Assembly: GCA_052327205.1 (NCBI GenBank)
Contig: CM126233.1
Coordinates: 10,540,001 to 10,604,000 of the forward strand
DNA length: 64,000 nucleotides
Direction: 5' to 3'
Origin: Somniosus microcephalus
Taxonomy: Eukaryota
This document shows, piece after piece, positions 46,037 through 55,909 of the stretch; positions within the stretch are counted from its first letter, which is position 1, and each line of letters opens with the position of its first letter. The notes under the pieces are model-generated. The model was not told where the DNA came from and did not search any database. It was given only the letters and a program-made list of their open reading frames with translations. The position numbers and the translations under genes were made by a program.

Positions 46037-46478
46037 AATGTCTTTTAATCTAAAGTCTGTTCAACTCTTTATCAGCATTTACAGGAGACATCATGCTAGT
46101 GATGCATCTAGAACGAAACTGAAACGAAACTAAACTGCCTTGCTTGTCTCGGTCACATGCCCTCTGCTGGTCAGGCACAAGCAATCAATACATGCAAACA
46201 TGCTGGTAAGGCATCATAATCAAACAGGCAAATACCATCTCTATTTGCTGATATCATTACATCTCCTTTTCTTAAAACAAAAGTATTTTACATTTAACTA
46301 ACAACATGTTTTCTTTGTATTAATCTGCATTTTAACTGTAACACTTAATGAACTTACATTATCATTATCATGATCAAGGTTTTTTAACCTTGCTTTGTGT
46401 GTTCACATGAAATATGTCAATACACTAGAACTTGAAGAAAGAATAAGATAACATTACTTCCTTCTATAACAATAGTCC

Positions 46479-47690
46479 TTAAATTTGCTCAATGAGTCTC
46501 TCAGGAGGCTTCACGTGTCTTGAGGATTTTCTGATTGATTGTCCTTGAATCTGAGTTGTTGCCTCAGATGATTGGTTCTCAGCTGTGTGATCAGGTTGTT
46601 CAACAGTATCAGTCTTCTGACTTGCTGTGGCTGGTCCCATGAGACGATCTCGACGATTTCTTCTCAGAACAGCACCCTCATCTGTCTGAATGGTGTATGA
46701 TCTTGGTTGAACTTCACTCAGGACAGTTCCCTTCTGAGTCCATATGTTTGTTTTGTCTTTCAACCTTACTTGGTCACCAGTGTGGAGTTCAGGTAGGTTT
46801 TGTGTTCCTCTGTCATAGTAGTACTTTTGCTTTTCCTTCTGTTGTTCTTTGAACTTCCTCACTTTCTCCCCCTCTTTTGTTTTCAGGAGGTTCTCCGGGA
46901 TGGGTAGGTTTGACCTTAGCCGACGTCCCATAAGGAGTTGGGCTGGTGACATACCACACTTGAGCGGCGTTGTGCGGTATACAAGCATGCTCTGGTAGAA
47001 GTCAGTTCCACTGTCTTTTGCCTTGTACATCAGTCTTTTCACTGTGTTTGCGGGCTCTCCTGGGTCAACAGCTCTGGACAACGTGTCTGCTGTATACATC
47101 AGCTTACCCGGTGTGTACGCAACATTCAGTTCATCATAGACTGTCTCTCCTTCGCTTTCCACAACGAGGACTCTCTTTACCAGGTTCAGTCTCTCACAGG
47201 CTTTTAAACCTAGTATGGCTTGCACATCCTTTGGCACCACGATTAATGCTAGCGTGTGCTCTCTGTCCTTGTGTGTTACTTTGACAATGCATCTTCCTTT
47301 CACTGGTATATCAGTACCTGAGTATCCTGTCACTTTCACTTTTATTCCATGTATCTTTGGTCTGGGTCTAATTTTCTTAAAATCAGTCTCTGATATCACA
47401 TTAACTTGTGCTTCAGTATCCAATTTAAATGGAATGCGTATGTCATTCACTTTTAGTGTCAACATCCAGTCTCTTTTTTCTTTTTTGTTTTCAGACACAA
47501 CATCTACATAGAACTCCTCTATCTCGCTTTCATCTACTGTATGGACCTTGCTTTGTTGCGCTTGGTTCTTGCAGCAACGGCATAATGTTGTTTTTGTTGC
47601 AACTATTGCATGTTTTACCATATGCTGGACACTTTCTTGGTGGATGCTGTGTACCGCATCGACTACATGACTTTCGATTGCCCCTTTCAT
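46479..47690 (-). pseudogene. Gypsy-A2 protease fused in frame to a linker and the integrase C-terminus
   Basis: FKLDTEAQVN protease followed by junctions YDEL|NVAYTPGK and EPANT|VKRLMYK relative to A1. Confidence 0.9.
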
Positions 47691-48330
47691 TTTTGTTCGC
47701 TGGCCATGCCTCTTTTTTCACATTGGCGCTCTTTTTGTTAAACGGTTTGTATCCGTTCTTTCTCACTGCATCCACGTTGCAGCTATTGTCACTGAACAGC
47801 TCCTTTGCCTGCAACTTCACAGTTTTTGTAGCCCTACACAGTGCTATGGCTTTTCCCAGGTCTAGATCTTGCTCTCTTAGCAGTCTTTCCCTTAGACCAT
47901 TATCTGGAATACCACACACCAGTCTGTCTTTTATCAGCGAGTCTGTCAGTCCCCCAAATTCACACGATTTGCTTCTGTTTCTCAGTTCAGTCACATACTG
48001 ATCAATAGTCTCACCCGTTTTCTGTACACATGTGAAAAATCTGTGCCTCTCAAACGCCACGTTACGTTTAGGTATGCAGTAGGCCTCAAACTGTTCCATT
48101 ATTTTATCTAGCTTCATTTTGTCTCCAACAGCAGCGAATGTGAAGTTATTATACACCTCCAGCGCTTCATCACCCACGACATGTAAGAACACTGACGATT
48201 TCTTTTTATTACTTTTCTCGTCAGCTCCAATTGCCGCTAAATACAACCCCACACGTTGTTTGAATCTCCTCCAATTTTCAGCCACATTACCTGTCAACTG
48301 AAGCGTCGCCGGTGGGCGTAAACCTTCCAT
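47530..48330 (-). CDS. Gypsy-A2 gag (266 aa; frameshift after the second knuckle)
   Basis: Nearly identical to the A1 gag pieces; a 1-nt deletion near 47587 versus A1 shifts the frame. Confidence 0.88.
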   Translation of the reverse strand: MEGLRPPATLQLTGNVAENWRRFKQRVGLYLAAIGADEKSNKKKSSVFLHVVGDEALEVYNNFTFAAVGDKMKLDKIMEQFEAYCIPKRNVAFERHRFFTCVQKTGETIDQYVTELRNRSKSCEFGGLTDSLIKDRLVCGIPDNGLRERLLREQDLDLGKAIALCRATKTVKLQAKELFSDNSCNVDAVRKNGYKPFNKKSANVKKEAWPANKNERGNRKSCSRCGTQHPPRKCPAYGKTCNSCNKNNIMPLLQEPSATKQGPYSR

Positions 48331-48438
48331 TTTTCACTTCGTTAGCTATTCTCCAATGGTAAGCAACGATGTTCTCTTTTGGCTTGCTAATTTGTGGAGA
48401 GCTGATTTAACTTCAGATTTTTTCTCTTCATCTCTTTC

Positions 48439-48457
48439 AATCCCACTTCTGACACCA
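48439..48457 (-). promoter_or_regulatory. Primer-binding site, tRNA-Leu type
   Basis: TGGTGTCAGAAGTGGGATT adjacent to the 5' LTR. Confidence 0.85.
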
Positions 48458-48729
48458 TGTATTGATTTCTTTGTGGGTTCAATGACGAGACATTTATGAA
48501 AGAGAATGTCTTTTAATCTAAAGTCTGTTCAACTCTTTATCAGCATTTACAGGAGACATCATGCTAGTGATGCATCTAGAATGAAACTGAAACTAAACTA
48601 AACTGCCTTGCTTGTCTCGGTCACATGCCCTCTGCTGGTCAGGCACAAGCAATCAATACATGCAAACATGCTGGTAAGGCATCATAATCAAACAGGCAAA
48701 TACCATCTGTATTTGCTGATATCATTACA

Positions 48730-49405
48730 GGTGTCATTAGCATACATGTGGAAACTGAAGCCGTGTTTTCAGATGATGTCACCAAGGGGCAGCATATAGA
48801 TGAGAAATAGGAGGGGCCCAAGGATAGATCCCTGGGGGACCCCAGAGGTAATGATGCGGAGTGGGAAGAGAAGCCATTGCAGGTGATTTTCTGGCTACGA
48901 TTAGATAGATAAGAATGAACCAGGCGAGTGCAGTCCCACCCAGCTGAACGATGGTGGAGAGGCGTTGGAGGAGGATGGAGTGGTCAACCATGTCAAAGGC
49001 TGCAGACAGGTCAAGAAGGACGAGGAGGGATAGTTTACCATGGTCACAGTCACACAGGATGTCATTTGTGACTTTGATGAGAGCTGATTCGGTACTGTGG
49101 CGGGGCGGAAACCGGATTGGAGGGATTCAAACATGGAGTTCCGGGAAAGATGGGCATGGATTTGGGAGGTGACAACATGTTCAAGGACTTTGGAGAGGAA
49201 AGGGAGGTTGGAGATGGGGCGGTAGTTTGCAAGGACGGAGGGGGTCAAGGGTTGGTTTTTTAGGAGAGGGGTGATGATGGCAGATTTGAAGGAGAGTGAA
49301 CCGTTAACAATGTCAGCTAACATGGGAGCCAGAAAAGGAAGTTGGGTGGTCAGCAGTTAATGTGGGAGTAGGGTCGCGGGAGCAGGAAGTGGGTCTCATG
49401 GACAG
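48730..49405 (-). mobile_element. L2-like LINE, 5' part (RT), split by Gypsy-A2
   Basis: LANYRPISNLPFLSKVLE...ESLQSGFRP; resumes exactly at HMYANDT. Confidence 0.9.
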
Positions 49406-49729
49406 ACGCATAGCCTGTGACTACTATAAGCCAGGGTACTGAGCCTTTCGGCCAACCTGTTGGATATTTTTCATGATCATGGGGTCTCGGCTGAGCATTT
49501 GTGGGTGATTGCTGGTATGAGGAAGTGTGGTGTGATGCTACACCTGATTCTAATATGGCTGCCGTCCGCCAAAGGCATCACAATTCCAGTGTACAAAAAC
49601 TGAGAATCTGAACTGGATTCAGATTCAGCAACATCTGTCTGGACTAGACAATCTGTTCTTTGCTGAACGTGTAGCAAGGCTTCAACCGTGTAGCAAGGCT
49701 GTCTGTTAGACATTATGCAAGTGACTCAC

Positions 49730-49778
49730 TTTTTTCCATTTTCTTAAAAGCTGTGTATTTTTTAACCATTTTTTGTGT
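49730..49778 (-). other. Candidate host exon (49 nt, TQKMVKKYTAFKKMEK)
   Basis: Strong acceptor TTTTGTTTTTCTCACGTTTCAG and donor GTGAGT around an open frame in non-repetitive DNA; gene not identified. Confidence 0.4.
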
Positions 49779-50267
49779 CTGAAACGTGAGAAAAACAAAA
49801 TTCCTCAGCACTTTTGAGAAAAAAATGGATCAAATGCCTGGTCGTGTGCGTCTGACTCCTTTAGTCCGAGAGGTCTTAGATCTCTCTGAATACCCTAAAA
49901 TATGACTTGGCAGTCTCTCAGTTACCCAGTTTAGTCAAAGCAAATCAATCCCCTGCTGAGGTCGGCTTTGATGTTTCTCCCACACAAATGTCATTTTGCA
50001 GAATGAGTCATTGTTCCTTGTTAGATGTAAAGACCAGGAAAGGTTACTTATAGTCACATCTCATTTTAACCTTTCAGGCACAGAATCTGCACTTTTACAA
50101 AACATCTCTCAGCAACAGCAGCTGGACTGTTAATAACCCTGCCGTAAATATTTCTACTTTCAAATACTTCCCCATTCTCCTCCACTAGATCTTCAGCCTC
50201 CATCTTGAAATTTCCCACAGGATGGTTTTGGATCAACTCACCTGCAGCCCCAAATTATGTTGGCTTT

Positions 50268-50480
50268 TAGAACATAAGAACATAAGACGTAGGAGCAGGA
50301 GTCGGTCATTTGGCCTCTCGAGCCTGCTCCGCCATTCAATAAGATCATGGCTGATCTGATCTTGGCCTCAACTCCACTTCCCTGCCCGCTCCCCATAACC
50401 CTTGACTCCCTTATCGTTCAAAAATCTGTCTATCTCCACCTTAAATATATTCAATGACCCAGCCTCCACAGCTCTCTGTA
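50268..50480 (-). mobile_element. CR1 3' UTR fragment
   Basis: AGAACATAAGAACATAAG tail and CCTGCTCCGCCATTCAATAAGATCATGGCTGATC. Confidence 0.8.
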
Positions 50481-53400
50481 TTTTCTCCCTCTTCCTGTTG
50501 CTTCTCCTGAATCGTGTGGGACATCTGGAGCCCTTCAGTACTCAACCCCAGTAATTACTGTAATCTTAAACAGTGAGGAGCCATGACTCAGGCAGAAGCC
50601 CCTGTAAAAACAAGCGGAGTCTCGGTTGCCTCCACCTGACTGTCTTGTAAGGGGTGGAATGTCCGTCCATCCCTTGCAAGGTTGTTCCCGCTCCTGGACC
50701 TGGAAGGGAACCCAGTGCAGTAGTGGGGGCCTGTATGCCGAGTGGAGATGTACTGGCCTCCACAAGGGTGGGCCTAGACCCTTGAAGAATTTAAATTATT
50801 TTTTAAAATGCAGCTACTTTCTCAGGAGGTCGTTAGGACCATGGCCGGGATCGGGATGAGCTGCCATTACTATTCCAGGTCTCCTTCCATCCTGAGAAGT
50901 GGGAATTCCTGGCCTAGGGAATCCCCACCCCTGCTCCACCACCGTCCTTCATTTGCCTTGTAAAAGTGGACGAAAGTATTACTCCATACCAGGGAAAAAG
51001 GAAATTCCCGGAAATAGTGGGGTTCCACTGGTCTCCCAGCACAGTGACATCAGGAGACCATTGGAACCGCTCGTGGAATCTGACCTCCCAATGTCTTCTA
51101 ACTTTCTTCAATTATTCCTAATCTCTTCTCTGCAGGAAGATTCTCACAAAACATTAACAAATCTGACTGTCCAGACAGTCTTCTTGTGTCGAACTACCCC
51201 TGTAAAAATGCCGGGTTTGGGTATCCCGACAACTATTTGCCAAAGAATGAGATGAATCCTTAACCTCCTCGCTCTAACTCCTCACTTTGGAATTGTCCGG
51301 GTTTACTGCCCAATTTTATGTCTAGGAGTGAATGATGCCTAAGTTGGCTCATCAAACCATCTCATATCACCCAGTTCGGATTGAATTGAGTCCCGTACCA
51401 GCCAACCCTCACTTGGGATACTCACAAACTACCGAGCAAATGAATTAACTCTTTCTTGCTGAATCATTGAGGAAGAAGTTAAACAAGTCAATACACTAAC
51501 AACTATTTATTGATTACAAATTCACAACTTAAAAGTTACACAACTGTATGAGGAATTATTAATAGATATAAATAGATGTAGTCAGGGTCATCAGGCAGTT
51601 TGTATAACAAACAATTAATAGACACGAGTTACTTAACAAAATAAGTAACAGAGGTTGACAGCTGTGCCACCGAAATCCAGTATTAAAGAAGTCACTGATT
51701 ATTAGATTATTGTTGAGATCAGTGTCTGAGACTACTGCAAATTGGTGAGATTAATTTATGGCAACCTTCCGTCTCGAAAGACGATGGTGTTCAGTCAGTT
51801 CAGTCACTTTGTCGCGCTGTAACATTGTGAGTATCTGAAGAGTCCAGTTCTCAAGTGACGGTCCTCGCCACAGATCGTGCAGGTGTAAATCACAGATTAA
51901 ACCCTAGATAGCTAACAAGTTAACAGCATGAGCCCAACAGTCCATTGGATAGATTTAACATCTTGGTACTGGTGGTTATCAATGTTTCCAGAGCTTATAT
52001 GACCTCGTCCTCATGAGCAACATGGTTGAATCGACCTTCTTCCTTCTCTGGGATGCAGGTGTCAGCTTCTGGAGTATTGTATGGATGAGCGCTTTCTGCT
52101 GCGGGGTTACCTGTTCCACTTGGATCTTCTGTTCCAGCTGAGCTCACCTTCACACGTGATGGCATCTGAGCTAGCTGGCTTTTCTCTCACTTTCCTTGAT
52201 CTTCAACACTTGTACAATTAAGTGACAATCTATCTCTTCCTGTTGGCTGGTATAGCCATTCAATTTGACTTCTACAACCTCTTACACTCTGTCCTGAATA
52301 TACTTTTTACTTGTGAAAGCACCTTTTACATCTGATAGGTAAGGTTACTACAGAAGAAGACAAAGAAAATCTTCTAACTACAAAGAGAAACTACATCTAA
52401 GGAAGACAAAGAGAATCTTCTTCTACCTCCTCTACTACTGACTAGAGGTGTGCCAAAACTCTTTTTTTACACCTTGATTTCAAAGAGAAGCTTCTTATAT
52501 TCAAATGATCAATCTGAGTGACTTGTGTGTTAGAAAGGTTTGCCCCTTTTGGTGTCAATCACTTCTAATAAAATGGAGGGTCCTGGGAATGCCTTTGAGT
52601 CACTGGAACATGGACTTTACAAGACTGCATGTCTCCATTCTTGACTCATCAATCTTCCACCCATCAAGGTGTCCAAGAGAAATATGAGGGTATGGGGCAT
52701 TTTTATGTCCCACTAAGTGCCATTTGTGGGTCTGTGCCTCTAACACATAAGGCTTGACATGTTCATGCCACCTCTAGGAGTTATTTCCTGGGCCTTTCAA
52801 ATGGCTTTCTAACACTAGTAAGGAACGTCTTGTTTATCTACACTAACCTTTATGATGTAATTAGCCTAGGCGTCTTTATGGTTCAACCATGTACATAGAA
52901 TAAAAGCTGAACTCCTTATTTTTGATGCACTTAAATCCTTTTATTTGCACTCCTCCCTCCTCATCTCCACCATCTCCCCAGGCCATGTACTGACTGTGGC
53001 CAAGGATGAATAGGGAAGTTGACCACCTGCTCACGGGCCTCTGCCAATACTGCTCAGAGACACCCACTAGGTGTGAGAGAGTGGTCTGTCATGAATTCCG
53101 GCCAATCCTTCTCCTCAGCCAAGCGGAGCTGTCAGGGCTTCGCTCAACACCTCGACCCAGCAGTAGTCCTCAGGTTGAGAGAACAGCAGGATGGGGGAAT
53201 CAGAGCTCCCCATTACTATCCTGAGTTCCATGTCCTGGTTGCAGTATTATATCATCAGCATCAACACTTCTTGTGTAAGATGGTTAAAAGAGGGTCGGCC
53301 AGTGAAATGTTTGTTTTATTTATGATGTGTTGCAGAGAAAGTATCTGCAGGCCTCCAGGGAGTAAGCGTTTTATCAACGGGAGCCTGTAGAGTAAAGCTG

Positions 53401-54684
53401 CCTGCGCGAGTGCCCGAGGGACTGTCAGCAAGTGCTCCTGTACAGACAGACAGTCCCTATGGAGGGCTTTCATTTCCCTTCCCTCAGTGCTCCATGGGCT
53501 GAGGTACAGTGACACACAGGAGTGATCTCAGGTGACCTGCACTGCGGTCCATCAAGTGCAGCCTGGAAAGAGGGACTTTGTTAAATCATCAGATTGCCCT
53601 CCTCATCTCCACCATGAGCTCTCTTACCCGGTGACCATGCCTGGTGTTGATCCCTCTGTGTGAGGATTGCTTTCTAACAACAGTCCTGAATTTGCCTTTT
53701 ACCTGTGCGTACCTCTGTTCCCTTGTCCTGCAGTTGTGCTTTAACCTGAATTAGTGCTCAGGATTAACCTTTTCGATTCTATTGACTATCTTATATACCT
53801 CTCTAAGGTTCTCTCTAATTTGCCTCTTTTCAAGACTGAAGAATCCCAAGACCTAGACTTCCCTTGGGGCTGTTCCCTCTCCGCTACCGTAACAACACTG
53901 AAAGTGCAGCGGAATTATCGTTTACATGCATAAACGGGATGTCGGCCGTACTTTTGACAGTTACGGCAGGGGAATGGGAGCAGCTCTGAGGGAATTCCGG
54001 GCCTAAATTTTTTTTAAACCGTTCCTCATTAACTCAATCCCTCTGACACTGGGCATCAGCCTCATGGACCTTCTTTGCACCTCTTCCAAGGTTTGTATGT
54101 TCCCCTTGTGCCTCAGTGACCAGACTGATCACAAAGTACTGCCGACCACAACACTATGCAACCTCAGTGTGACGGCCTCAGCTTTAGTCAGTATTGAGTC
54201 CACTATCATTCCTCGATCTCTTTCAGCCTCTCCCCTAGCTGCTTCAACATAGTTCATTGAGTAAGATTTTGTCCCCACCTGAAGTACTGGGTACAATACT
54301 GGTCACCCTATTGTGAGAAAGACTTGCAGGCATTGGAGAAGGTGCACTGAAGGACAACTAAACTGATAATTGGGGTTAGGTACCTGAGCATTGTGGAGGC
54401 TGGGAATGATTACACTGCAGAAGAGAAGGCTCAGGGGTGACCTTACACACGGATTCAGGATCCTAAAGGGCAAAGACAAGATAGGTGGCAATGCAGCAAA
54501 ATGACAGACTCAAAGAGAGAGGGTGAAAGGACAGTTTAGATTTAACGACTTTAAGCAGAGGGTGGTGAATGTATTGAATGGGCTGCCCCAAGAGGCAGTG
54601 GGGGCTGACTGTATCAGCACATTCAGCAGAGAGTTGGATAAGTACCAGGAGAAAAAGCTGATAGAGGCGGTGAGAGGTGTTGTT

Positions 54685-55036
54685 CAAATCCCTCCATGGC
54701 CTCACCCTTCCCTATCTCTGCGACCTCCTCCAGCCCTACAACCCTCCCAGATTTCTGCTATTCTCCAATTCTGGCCTCTTGTGCATCCTCAATTTCTAGC
54801 GCCCTACCATTGGCGGCTGTGCTTTCAGCTGCCTGGACCCCAAGCTCTGGAATTCCTTTCCTAAACCTCTCTGCTTCTCTCTCCTCCTTTAAGTTGCTTC
54901 TTATAACCTTTGCCCAAGCTTTTGGTAACCTGTCCTAATATCGCTTTCTGTGGCTCAGTGTCAAATGTTGTCTGATAACGCTCCTGTGAAGTGCCTAAGG
55001 ACTTTTTACAGTGCTGTATAAATGCAGGTTGTTGTA
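54685..55036 (+). mobile_element. L2-like 3' fragment amid old CR1 fragments (about 53690-55490)
   Basis: TTCAAATCCCTCCATGGCCTC...TATAAATGCAGGTTGTTG. Confidence 0.75.
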
Positions 55037-55909
55037 GGATCTGATGCTTCATAGACACTAGGACTGGACTGAAGGCCTGCAGTGACCTTTTCCAGTCTTG
55101 TACTTGTCTATGCAACACCTTAAACTTATCTGTCTTAAGTTTTATCTGCCATGTCATTCTGACCCTTTGCAAATTTTGCCTGGGCACTTCAAATTAGTAT
55201 CAGCTCTGAATCTGACCAACTTGCATTGTGTTTCTGGTGCAGCTCATTTGTATAGATTAGAAAGAGCAGGGCCCCCAGCACTGGTCCCTGGTGTAGTACT
55301 CAGTATATCTCCCCAGCCTGGCATCACTCCCCTCACTGGGACTTGCTGTTTCCTCTCTATCGGCCAACTCCTTATCCAAAGCCAAGATTTACCTGGGACA
55401 GCCAAGGCCTAAAACATGTGTAGTAGCCTTTTCTGCAGAATGTTCTGGCAGTCTAGGTACTCTACATCACAGGGCTTCCTAACTTCCTCTTGAAAAATCC
55501 TTAAATCTAACATACAGGATACTTAAAATGTCTGTTCTTTACCAAGCGTTTTTAACGTGATGGTAGTTTATCTCAATTAAATCACTTCTCGTCTGAATGT
55601 ATAAGTTATCCCTCTTTGCATAGATGGCACAGATAATGCAACACTTTCAATCAGATATTAATTATACTGTAAAATACTGATTGTAAACTGGAAAATTGGT
55701 CATACTGGTCTCTAATTTTGTTAAACTATGAAAAAAAACTTGTACCAGCTATAATGAAGCTGTTCTCCCTTGACCGTATCCTCATTCTCTCAATTTCTCA
55801 CTTTCTCCCTCCGTCTGTGCCTTTCTCACTTGCACTCTGACTCTCCTTCACTTTCACTCCCTCTGCCTCTCTCACACACTCACATCCTCTATCTCTCTCA
55901 TTTTCTCTC

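Larger units (their letters stand above)
45302..48729 (-). mobile_element. Gypsy-A2, internally deleted relative of A1, TSD GGTGT
   Basis: LTRs 45302-46261 (containing a MITE) and 48458-48729. GGTGT at 45297-45301 and 48730-48734. RT/RNase H and the integrase core are missing. Confidence 0.96.

Noticed and set aside
47040-47135. Gypsy-A2 deletions as spliced-out introns
   Set aside because: The deleted segments do not begin with GT in any register; the junctions show 2-3-nt microhomology instead.
5718-48729. A1 and A2 as products of one segmental duplication
   Set aside because: They have different TSDs, different positions in L2, opposite orientation relative to the host L2, and distinct LTR variants.
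51762-51886. Additional hammerhead around CTGAAGAGTCC in an RTE-5'-like scrap
   Set aside because: No correctly placed GAAA core or closing stems could be found.
51201-52895. Long solo LTR (starts TGTAA, reverse-strand AATAAA)
   Set aside because: No matching TSD or second copy in the window, so the boundaries cannot be supported.
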